A stretch of 63,874 bases of DNA, counting the filler, from Phoronis australis (lineage: Eukaryota; Animalia; Phoronida): NCBI GenBank assembly GCA_002633005.1. It is 14 parts of 14 records of this genome, joined end to end, with 100 filler letters (N's around TTAATTAATTAA, not from the genome) between each part and the next. Parts side by side here need not be neighbours in the genome. Positions count along the whole stretch, not along the records: positions 40,192 to 48,328 come from NMRA01000342.1; positions 48,429 to 51,004 come from NMRA01003591.1; positions 51,105 to 57,574 come from NMRA01000049.1; 11 more parts are not named here. The stretch is one strand, 5' to 3'. The notes under the pieces were generated by a model. The model had not been told where the DNA came from and did no database searches. It saw only the letters and a list, made by a program, of their open reading frames with translations. Both the position numbers and the translations under genes were made by a program. Numbering within the stretch: position 1 is the first letter of the stretch; the number at the start of each line of letters is the position of its first letter. Shown here one piece after another: positions 41,532 through 52,712 of the stretch.

Positions 41532-41580
41532 CAACAAAAGGCCAAAGAAACAATGTCAAACACCATGCCACGGAAACCAT
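41532..41580 (-). CDS. Secreted MAM-domain-like protein, exon 1 (signal peptide)
   Basis: AAAATG start, MVSVAWCLTLFLWPFV, and a phase-1 G|GTAAGT donor. Confidence 0.7.
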
Positions 41581-43752
41581 TTTGAGTGTAAATGTTTACT
41601 AAGAGGACTTTACATCTTTTTATCAATAATGTTACGCTACAGTGACAGATAGAAAAGGGTTGCCAGAAACGGGGTTTCTCCATTTCAAATAAAAGTGGCA
41701 TTAGTTTACATGTACTAAGAATTTGTTGTCCTGAAATGCTGGTTCAAAATATAATACGTTGCAAGGAAATATCGCAAAAACCGGTTTTCCCACATTCAGC
41801 AAAAGGTTGTACTTTGCGATACTTTGGACTTAGTAAAGCACCCTGACACACGATTATGTGGAGTGTGTCGGCATGCAATTCATAGCGGCAATGATTAAAT
41901 CTCTCGGGAAGGAGAGTGAAATGTGATGAACTGTGCAAGGGTGCACGGATATGTTGTATAGAGTATTTTTTGAAGTGATTTGAATTTTTCCAGACGTTGA
42001 TTGATGTTCTGTTCTATTTGACAACGCATAACCCAACTGTGTGCCAGGGCGTGCAGAAAAAACGTATAAACACCATGGTGGCTTTAGGGGGGGGGGCTTA
42101 ATTCGCTGTGGAAAACATCAACGCACCCTCGGCCACGCAAAGTAACGACAATCATTATCTCTGTCATTATCTAATGCTCTAATTACATTTGTTATCTTTG
42201 CACTGATATGCCTGTACTTATTGAGCGCAAGCCCTCTTGTTCCGACTACTGGCTATTGTTTAATATCTTATCAGTAAGCCTTCGTGCCTGTAAATATCAG
42301 AACATTTTGTACCCCTATTGACTACCCTTCAGTCAAAGAAACTATTCATACGGGTAAAAATCGTTGTTAAAGTCGTCTCAGTTTGTTCCCGCCTCTTATT
42401 GAAAGTAGTAGTAGGGCATGTTTGTTTTGTTGGATACCAGGCTCGGATTGCCGAATCGTGTTCATACATGTACATGTAGCCGTTTTAAAAGGTTGATCTG
42501 AAAGTACGAATGTCAAATTCCGACAGGGACATTAGAAGATGAAGATGTGAACAACTTTCTTGGGTATCCCGATCCTTGAAAATGCCGACTCGCTCTTGTG
42601 CGTGTGGTCAATAGGCCCATGAGAAAGTCACTAAAAACTGTCTTAGGTCAACTTTTTGTTAACCACTTAAAAATACGCGAAACATGTACTATGTAATCTA
42701 TTTTTACACTTGGCAACTACCAGACAATTTCGGTGGAGGGAAACATGAACGAGAAGGTTTTAAACGGAGTCAAGAGAGGTAGACCAATCCAAGAGGTAAC
42801 CCCATGAAACCGACAGATCTCAGATTGTTTTGGCATATAGCTTATTTGAACAAGTGGGAGGAATGATTATATACAAGCAGCTTCTGTAAAATCATTTTGG
42901 GGACAAATTTTGGTCGGACTTAATGCAAATTTTATCACATTTTAGCAACTGCCAGGATATACCATTAGACGAAGATTTCTTAACCTTTTTAGCCTGAATC
43001 TTTCTACGTGTAGCCTAGGTTTGTCAGAATATCAAAAAACATCAATAGAAATTTCATTGCAAGACCCTGATTTTAAACAGGTTTTAATTTCGGCTCTTGA
43101 GTGGTTTGATTATCGCCCTAAGAATACAGGCTACGTTCAAGTGGATGTGTACTGAGTGGACAGTATCCTTCAGAAAAAGTAATCAAACTTGAAAGAGTGC
43201 TCCTTGAGGTATCAGTTGACGTAAAGATTGTCGGGAATCGTAAAGTGTACACTCCGTGTCCACCTACTTACTGTAACTGCTGTCGCCTTATTGTCTGTTG
43301 GACAACAGACGGTGCTTTTGGGAGTTAGTCCCACCAAAGAAATGATAAATAACGCTAATTTCAAAATTCGTGATGGGTGGTGCTATAAGACAAGATCATG
43401 AAAAATGGCGGACACTCTGCCTTGTTATCCGGTCCTTCCGGTACAGGAGTCGTTTGTCATACGGCGACCATGACGGGGTTTTCCCGTTCAGTGACTTTAC
43501 CAGACGTAGAGGTTTCTGAGCGTGTGTTAACATCTAGCTTCTTTGTTAACTGCCAAGCACAGTCTTTTGTCTGGCATGACAATAGACCTATCGCCAGGAT
43601 TATGACGGACGGCTTAATTGACCAATCAGAACGCAGCATTCTTGGCACATCTTCGTCTGCGTTTCCAAGCCGCCATTTTACCCGACAATGAAACCATACC
43701 TAGTCGAGTAAAACTTACTTTAGTCTATAGCTCAAGAAATTGTCCGCTAAGA

Positions 43753-43935
43753 ATGGGGAAACGGTGTTGGTATGGCGTGTGTAGCACCGGCAGTCGTTAT
43801 GCTGCTCCAGAATAATATCCCGTCATTTTTGGCATGTCCTAAGCCGAAAAATGATGTTGAAAAGCGTAAACTATGGATCAAACTGTGCGGCCACACGAGC
43901 AGCTGAACTTAGCGATGTTGCTTGATAAATCGAAG
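43753..43935 (+). pseudogene. Decayed THAP-domain fragment (DNA transposon relic)
   Basis: Reading across one stop and two frameshifts gives MGKRCWYGVCSTGSRY / PKPKNDVEKRKLWIKLCG / RPHEQLN, which resembles THAP N-termini of the KRCxxGxC...PKP...WIxxCGRPH type. Confidence 0.6.
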
Positions 43936-44977
43936 GCTATAATAAACGCAAATACATTAGTTCCAAGATACGCACTTTTCAGCTCGGTGGCTATGGTGCA
44001 GGCTATCTCAGATTTTGACTCCCGACTTTCCTACGTCTGGCCGCCTTTGTCTCGGCACCTGCTGGATCTCAACACTCCGGAAATTGTTGTTTTCAAGGAC
44101 ATTTTTATTTTATTTTTTTTTTATTTATTTAAAACTAAAGGAAATTATTTTGTTTCGTATCAGAGGTGCATTTTTGTTATTCATAAACCATAGGCTGGCG
44201 TTCAACTGAACTTCTCTCCCGGTCAAAATTCAGAGATTCGATCGGCACAGGGAAGGGCACTGGATTACTGCCGGAACTGCTGAATTACTTTTTGACGTGT
44301 AACTCTAGTATACACTATGTCTGTAAAGTTAGAGAAAGCTCATTTTGAAGTTGTTCAAACATCATATTTAGACTTATGAAGCTTTAAAAAAGAATTTGAG
44401 TTATTTTTGTAAACACCCAATTTTTGCAACTACCACACCAGACTTGTAACCCTTTGTAACCATATCACGACTTAGTGATCATGCTACCTTCAAAATTAAA
44501 TGAAAGCTACCTTTGTGGAATGAAACTACAAAAAATGCCAAGTTCATAAGAATATAGGCCTAATTTAAATGTCTTAATGGTGCAAACAGATAATTCCATA
44601 GGCGGATTTAGGGGGGGCAGAGACCCCGCTACCCCCCCCCCCCTTGGTTGCCGCAAGCAAAATGAAACAGCAAGAGCATGAAGCGTGAGGAAATATTGAG
44701 TTCAGTAACCAGGACCGGTAGCTGAAGAGGGGGGCTCAGACCCCAGATGGCGGCGGAATCGTGTTCCTGTTTTTTTAGTCCACCGATAGATTTTCTGAAC
44801 AGAAGGTCCAACGGTCTACATCCCTGGCCCCTGCAACTTTCAGGCCGCCTGTGCACATACAATCGCACTTTGCCCAATTCCACGATACAACATATGTTGC
44901 CCCCCCCTGTGGTATCCTATATCCGCAACTGAATTCCAGACATTAATTTGACTTAGAAACAGCCCTAGACCTACCCG

Positions 44978-45541
44978 CTCGCTGGTTCCCTGCGTGCCGC
45001 TAGATGGGGCGGTAGCCGCGCCAGCACGCAGGTATCACTTAAATTTCCTCTGTAAATTTTTTTACACCGGCGTTTCTGATTGGCTAGTCGAATTCTCAAC
45101 AGGCAGCGCTTTGCGCAAACAAACTGTTATGACTGATGGACTGAAGTGTAAATGTGGTCTGTTGTACAGACAAATCGGTGTTTAAAATTATGTTCAGGAA
45201 ATGTGAAGCCTAGAAATTGTAATATTGAGCCTTTTCGGAATACATCTTTCTACTGTCGATGACTTTTGTTTACGATAGTGTCCTTATACAGTATGAATAA
45301 CACACTGGTTAAATCGGCCACATAATATGTGTTTATTGTGCATGTATGTGCTTCAAGCACGCGGCTATTAAACATCACTTCAGAAACGACAAGACTAAAA
45401 ATCGTTCACAGTCCGCCATTTTTTTCACGGTGTTGTAAAGCTAACCAATGACTGCCAAGATTACATCGACCAATGCTAAAGCACGTGCCATTACGTGATA
45501 CCTGCGTGCTGGCTGGGCTAAGCACGCAGGGAACCAGCGAG
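44978..45541. mobile_element. 564-bp MITE with 20-bp perfect TIR and 10-bp TSD (Mutator-like)
   Basis: TIR CTCGCTGGTTCCCTGCGTGC / GCACGCAGGGAACCAGCGAG, inner inverted repeat GCCAGCACGCAGGTATCAC, and flanking direct repeat GACCTACCCG at 44968-44977 and 45542-45551. Confidence 0.9.
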
Positions 45542-47178
45542 GACCTACCCGGAGCTAACTGTTTGCCTAGGACGAGATGAGTGTGTACCTCAGCTATGAA
45601 CCTGAATTTTTTATCAAAATATTTCGTTACAAGATTAGAAAAGCGTAAACAGAGCTATCGAGTCGACCTAGTCAGAGACTATAGTACATGTGTTGTCTGT
45701 AATCTATGACCTACTTTACTCCAGGAGTCCCACCGGTTGTGACCTACTTTTCATTTGGCGAAATAATTATTTAGCAGACGACAGAATAAAAATATCGGTG
45801 AATCTTCACTGATTTTATTCGAAAAATCATGAAATCTACGGAATCGTACAGATAATTCGACTTTAAGGTAAACACCCAACTTAACATGAACATATCGTAT
45901 CAGTGGCCTTGTCATTTGTCTGGTGAAGGTGGCCCCGAGGCCGAGGAGTTCTTCGAATATTCGCTGGCTCTTCGAGCACTTATTTTTTCATCGTCACCTT
46001 TACAAATTCCCATATCATGAACGTACGATTCTGTGTTGAAAAGCATCGCCTCTTGTCTCTGTCGAAACGTTTTAGTCAAATAGCGCAAAAACACTCATCG
46101 ATTTCACCAGGAACGTCGTTTAGCGACAGTGTATTTGCCTCTGACATCTCGTTCGATTGTCGGGTATCACGTGACTTTTCGCACAGGGGCGGACCTTGCG
46201 ATAGGTCAATAGGCAGAACAACTATCTACCACGCTTATTACAGACCACTTATGAACACAGTCAAACCTAGAGTAATTGGTACGTTGGGAAAGAATAGATT
46301 GTCGTAACTTCGGTTGTAGTTGGGCGATTTTGATGATTCAAAAACTAAGCATGAGCACCATTTGACGAGGATTTCAGAAATGCTATTGGTTTATGTTCAA
46401 ATATGTTATAACTTAACTTTTATTTTTAACAGCATAACCCAGTCAGGTTAGGTAAGATCTTATTGGAGATTAGAACAATTATCGAACAAAAGAGACCTGA
46501 CCCTCCACCCATTAATGCCAGAATGGAGTTAATCAGTTGTGTAAGATATTGGCTACAGGGGTAATCTTCCCAAATTATTGTTGGACTATAGAATCGAATA
46601 AGTTGGGAGCAACGGGACAACGCCGTAATGGTTAATGGTGATTTTGCGTGTTTATCTTCACTAAATGTTATAGGTAAACATTTATCAATCAGGGTTTTTG
46701 AGACAAAGCCATACGACTCTTTGAAGTAATCCAAATCACAATATGATGACATACCTTTTGTTGGACAATCACGCAGGTAATATGGAGTGAAACTTTTGCC
46801 GAGTTCAAATGTGTGATTTTTATAAATTTAGAGTAGGACGTACGTCTGATTAGAACAGTAGAATAGAGTAGCCAGATTCAGATATATCTATGAAAGTTTA
46901 GATGAAGAGCTAGTTGCCAAGGAGTTCAGACTTTCAAGTTAATCTTATTCGGTATAATGATTGCTGGCACTTGCATTTCGTGTAACGATCACGAGATTTT
47001 CCTGTCATGTTAAGCGCTTTATTGCAAAAAGCATGCAGAAAATTTCAACGGCGTCTAATCGCAATTGACTTCCTAGGTGTAGTCTGCTATTTACATCGAC
47101 TTTGGTTGAGACTAGTCAACATGCTGCAGTTGAAACTTCTACGGAGGACTTTGGCATTGTTGTTCATTTACGTTGTAT

Positions 47179-47534
47179 CAGGAAGAGATAACCAGGAAGG
47201 GACAACTAGCTAAACCGCCGTTTTTGGCCTCCTTCCCCGGACTAATTTCAGGACTTAAGTTTCGTTTAAAAAGAAGCAGATGAATTTTATCAGAGAGATT
47301 AAAGCTTTTTCTATAGAAGGATATCAAAAAAACTCACTTTTCAACCTTAAACAGATACCAGGAAGAGATAACCAGGAAGGGACAACTAGCTAAACCGCCG
47401 TTTTTGGCCTCCTTCCCCGGACTAATTTCAGGACTTAAGTTTCGTTTAAAAGGAAATAGATGATTTTATCAGAGAGATTAAAGATTTTTCTGTAGAAGGA
47501 TATCAAAAAACTCACTTTTCAACCTTAAACAGAG
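47179..47534. repeat. 180-bp tandem duplication
   Basis: CAGGAAGAGATAACCAGGAAGGGACAAC... starts at 47179 and 47359, with a few differences between copies. Confidence 0.9.
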
Positions 47535-49398
47535 GTGTAATTGTACTTTGAAAATATCGACTTCAGCGCACGCAATCGCAATTTCCCACACGAAGTCACG
47601 GGTATTTAAGCTTTTCCGTCGATGTATAGATGGCGCAGTAGTCAAGTCCTCCCTCATTTGCATATCAAATTTGCATGTGGGAGTTCTGAGACTCTCGTCA
47701 GTTTAGTTGTTGTCGACCGCTTGAGTGCATAAAGCGGTGACCTCCCGCTGAGAGCACGCGCTGATGAAGATACCACAGCTAACTCGATCGCTTTGCAATC
47801 AGGAGGTGAAAACACTCTTATGACCGCAGTTCTGAATTCCAGCTAAGCAAGCCCTATTTCGAGGAGCGGATTTGAACTGGTTTCGTCCCCAGACTGTGGA
47901 CTGCGGAGATGAGAATGAGGTCAACATCGAACTTTCTGCGGCTACCTATTGTGTTGAAAGTTTGAAGTGTCAGAACCATAGACGGAGCGCGCGGGATGTC
48001 TATGATTTCTGTTCTTCTTCAGTTGGCGAAAACATTGCTATCGGCATAAAGAATGATCGTGGGTTATTCATTTTGAGTTGGACACCTGTATCCAAGAATA
48101 AATATTAATACTCTGAAATATCTCACCCTCCGCGTTTCGTTTCTTTGACGTTCTTTGAGGTTGCGGTATCGTGAAACAACGCCGTCGGGTGAGAGAAGTT
48201 GCACCGAGTAACTGGAATTGGCTGCAGTTCTTTCCTTTAGAATGCCCGGACTCAACTGTGTCATTTTCTTGGCATGTCTCTTGCCTGCCGAAATCTTTCT
48301 GAGCATTGAAGACCTCGGCCTTTTCCTGNNNNNNNNNNNNNNNNNNNNNNNNNNNNNNNNNNNNNNNNNNNNTTAATTAATTAANNNNNNNNNNNNNNNN
48401 NNNNNNNNNNNNNNNNNNNNNNNNNNNNCTACTAGAAACAGACTGGTGCTACTCTATCTCATCAGGTTTCTGCAGGTAGGTGGAGCATCATCACAAAATA
48501 AGCTTTCCTGTGCTGTGAAATATGAAAACACAGGTCCTCACAGAAATCTCTACTTAACACTGATCAGCAGTGATCAGGGGAGTGTTCAGTAACAACAGTA
48601 TCTCGTTAGAAAAGCAAGATCTCGCGAGATTCCACGAGATATCGCCATGTATTTTCATTGAGACCACATGATTTTGGCTAGATTTTTCTTGCCGACAGAT
48701 AGTTATTAAACTCGACTCTGGTTACCTTGGTTGAAAATGTGAAAGAGAAGAGATGAGATGAAAACAGAGGCTGCACAATGGTGGCGCCACCGTCAGTGCT
48801 GGAAATGTTTTCACTGTGGGAAGGAAGAGAGACTAACATTTTCTTATCAAGCACTTGTACCCTTAGCTCTGCAACTTTCTTGTGTCTGTGTTGTAGCGAT
48901 CATTTGCCTTTGGTATAATAAGTTTTGTTACAAATTATTGTGACTATACTGAAAAAGTGCCTGACCACAATGCCACCTTGCAGTTTAATTAGGTCAGTTT
49001 TATACGTTGAGAAGAGGCTGTTATCAGAAAAGGCTGTTCTTCAACCAAAGAAATTTTTGATGCAAACACTGATTTAGTGTTATAGTTTGATTTAAAAGAT
49101 ACTTACAAGTTGCTCTAAGAGTTACTAGCTTTTCATTGTTCATTTCTGTGATATTTTCCAAAAGTACACATGGACGTACTTTTAGGGTGCGACAAATCCA
49201 AACTTGTGTTGTTGTCTTTCAAATGTACGCCTCTAGGCACAAGGAAATTTTGACCACCGCCTTGCTCTGTACCATCATGGGTTCAGTGCCCATCTGGGCA
49301 GTAACCTGTGATGGACTAGTGTCCCAACTAGGGCAAGTCAAAAGACTCTTCTGTATGTGGTACTGAAACTGTAGTAAGCAGCAGACGAGTTGAACCTG

Positions 49399-49799
49399 GG
49401 CCCGGTCTCTAATCTTTGTACTCAAAATGAACTCGAAACTATTTTTGGCAATTTCTCTGCTCCTTTCGTACCAACTTAAGATAATTGGTCATCAGACTGT
49501 GCTCGAATACATTATAGTTTATGCATAGGAGTTTCTAATTAAAGTTTGCCCTTGAAGACCCTTATATTCGTGCTACAAACTCGAGTAAAAACTCGAAATT
49601 TCGAGTTCAAACTCGAACTTATTGCTTTAATATTGGGTTTACAAACTGTGAACTAAGGGCAATAAATTATCTACGTAAGTTATTGTGTAATCGAGCATAG
49701 AATAATACGCACTTATCTTGATTTCGCCCAAAAGTAGAGTAGAAAATGCCAAACCTAATTTCGAGTTCCATTTCGATTAAAAAGATTAGAGACCGGGCC
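49399..49799. mobile_element. MITE, PIF/Harbinger-like (CWG flanks)
   Basis: CTG|GGCCCGGTCTCTAATCTTT ... AAAGATTAGAGACCGGGCC|CAG, with repeated AACTCGA motifs. A related left end at 61433-61558 is cut by a spacer. Confidence 0.8.
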
Positions 49800-52148
49800 C
49801 AGATTGCTTTGTACACGTCAAATTATAAAAACCGCGAATCGAAATTTGGCCAAGAAGCACGCTAGGGCCTACTTATCATTAATAGTTGGGCCTGCTCAAT
49901 GAGATAAATATAACTACATATACAGCTCAATGGGCCTGCTACTCCGGCAAATGAACACTGATGACAAGCACGCGCTCGCTCACTCGGTGCACACCTGTTG
50001 ACTCACTTCAATACAAACGTCACGTAACAAAATATGTGTTCGTCCAGATTTTTCTCGTTGCGGGGTGCGATCTAGCGCAGATTTTTACTTAATCTGCTTT
50101 TAATCCACCGGAACTTAGAATCTTAGAAAAGGCTATTTGGAAAACTTAAAGGAGGATTTCATGTAACTTGAGTCGAAACTATTTTTACTCAAGAATTCAA
50201 GTTGTCCTATCGACGATTGCAAAGCAGCGACGCATCACTGAGTCGGCAAGTTTTCGCCCTGGGATTTCAGCACAATTTTTTTTAAAAGATCGTAATTTAA
50301 CAACAGAGTTTGATAGCAATGCACCACAGTTTTGTAGACAGTCTGTCATAGGTTACACGTACGTCACAGCGCGTAAATTTGATGAATCCTAGCTTCCGAG
50401 ATTTCACCCGTTTCGGAGACCGGGTTTTAACCGCCGTAGGCTACAAAAAGCGTCCCCCTGGGCGCTTATTAAGGCGAATACGGTAGCCCTAATAAATGGT
50501 GACATCAGTGCTCGAAACGATGATTTTTATATAACCTAGCAGCAAGTTTGTGGTGACTGGCTCCAACGGCCGGGTGACTGAACTTCGGGCTGGGCGAGTA
50601 GATTTTCTGGCTCCCGCACTCGCCCAGCAGGGTTTTTCAAGACTAAAAGCCTGGGTATATCCCTGACTTCCACACTTTCCAAAAGAGGGAAAACTACGAA
50701 GGAATGGCTGAGGAGGGTAAAAGTCTAGTTGCCGTGCGTATTGGTATGTTTTTTGGAGATCGATTCAATATCAGACAACTTGATTTTTGGTGACGTTGAT
50801 AAGTCTTTTGACCACACCACCTTGCAGGACGATGCCATGTTTGTCAAGGCGCCTCGTTTTCAATCAACACGACAGCAGCGCCCCGCATTCGTGAAATAGG
50901 TGAATGACGATGATTTTCCACGACTTCGACTACTATGGCGCCTCCTAGTGGCAGTTTTTTTTGCGCCTATGGCTGCATGTCCTAAACCGTTCGCAGGATC
51001 TTCANNNNNNNNNNNNNNNNNNNNNNNNNNNNNNNNNNNNNNNNNNNNTTAATTAATTAANNNNNNNNNNNNNNNNNNNNNNNNNNNNNNNNNNNNNNNN
51101 NNNNATGATAATATGCATTTTTAATTAAACAAAATTAAATTGGACCCTAAAATTTCAACAAATTTTAAATCCATTTCATTCCTATCAAATAATATAGAAA
51201 CTGAGAGGTGTTGTGTTGGTGACTATCCAAAAAGAGCATATTTGTATTCTAAAATGTTTTGATGCACTGCAGCGTTGACTGAACATTTATTTTGGTGAAA
51301 TATGTAATTTTCTAAAAATGAAACTGATCACAGCGCCCCCACGAGGTAGTAAAAGTGTAACAAAAAATATTTTTGAAGAAAATAGGAAAAAATGACTCTA
51401 TCCCCAAAATTGAAGTAAATTAAATTTTAAAACTATTCTATATTATTTTAATGAAAATATTTTACCAGGTTTGGGCCACTTTTTGTAATTTAGAGAAGTT
51501 TTGACTGGTTCTGTTGAATACATTTGACCAATCAGGTTCGAGTTTAGGTTGAACCCTGGAAAGGTCAACATGGTTCTTGAAAAATGACTGAAGTTACCTT
51601 TTTAGAAGTGTTCCTAAATGGAAATGGTGAGATGAAGTGAAAAAATTTGATCAGGAATGGATTAGGACATGATAAGTGATTATGACATTGAGTGTACACT
51701 TTCAGGATTTTTCCAGGTGAGAGAGTGGCGAGGCAGTAAATTAAAAAAAGTACATTTTCTCATATTTTTGTCAAAAAAATAAAAAGTGTACACTCAGGGT
51801 TGAAAGCAGAATTTTGTAGCAAACAGTTTGATATAAATATCATTAAAATCGGTTCAGTAACGGCCATTTAACAGCTGAAAGTTTGACCCCTACTGAAAGT
51901 CACAAGAATTTACCGGTGAGTGAAAAATTTGTGAAGTGCTCGCTTTACTTCAATTTTTAAAAATACTCATTAATGTCCAATTTATTTGTAATGGATATCA
52001 TTAGAAAGAAGAAAAATTAAATATTTTACTGGTATACTTTTCATTTTCCACCACTTAGTATGCTAATAGATATGAGCTTGTGAAAATCATGAAAAATGGC
52101 AAAATTTCGCTCTTGCTGAATTTCCGCCATATTGGTTTGCTCACCCTA

Positions 52149-52302
52149 CCTAAGGTGTTCCTCTATGCGCAAAAGGTATTTATAACAACATGACTTTGAT
52201 GGTTTAGACGGTGCAAGGCATAATTCGCCGAAAAGCTTCCGGCGTACAGAGCGCCTATAGCCTCTACATCGCCCCTGCTTCGGGCCAACAGAGGCGATGG
52301 TC
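52149..52302. repeat. Interspersed repeat arm in intron 1 of the helicase gene
   Basis: Near-identical reverse complement at 63702-63855 and a diverged copy at ~19345-19447. Confidence 0.88.
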
Positions 52303-52351
52303 CTTGCCTACAAGTAGACGAGTTGATGACAACACAAGAAACCAAACTCAC

Positions 52352-52495
52352 TTGTGGTAATTGCGTGGTTTTCCCACTGCCTGTTTCACCGATGAGTATG
52401 ATTGAGTCATGTTGACGTACTTCAGCTGCCAAGCGATGTTTCAAAGGAAAAATTGGAAGGGCCTGGCGTTCAGCGTCAACGTTTTCATGTCTCAT
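52352..52495 (-). CDS. DHX33: DEAH-box RNA helicase, first coding exon (DHX33-like)
   Basis: MRHENVDAERQALPIFPLKHRLAAEVRQHDSIILIGETGSGKTTQLPQ has the LPI motif and Walker A GETGSGKTTQ. Donor CAA|GTGAGT; in-frame stop upstream of the ATG. The family call is secure; the paralogue assignment is tentative. Confidence 0.8.
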
Positions 52496-52580
52496 GCTCA
52501 AAACTTCTGCCAGCGCACACTCTTTTTGAAGTCACCATGTGTTTCCGGTTGGTGCGCCACCTAGAGGAAGGAGGTACTTC

Positions 52581-52712
52581 GCCTCCCGTTCAGTATACCA
52601 GTTCAGTAACGCTATGAGAACCTCGCTAAAAAGCAAGACTTTACTTCACAATATTACGTGAGATATTGCCGCGGATCTTAATTAAAAAAACGTGACTTCA
52701 GCCAGATTTTAG
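52581..52712 (+). repeat. Short interspersed repeat, copies at ~48584-48682 and ~53548-53658
   Basis: Shared GTTCAGTAAC...CTCG(C/T)TA.AA..GCAAGA...GAGATAT(T/C)GCC...GATTTT. Confidence 0.75.

Noticed and set aside
47761-47815. Hammerhead ribozyme (CTGATGA...GAAA)
   Set aside because: Core words are present, but I could not form stems II and III around them.
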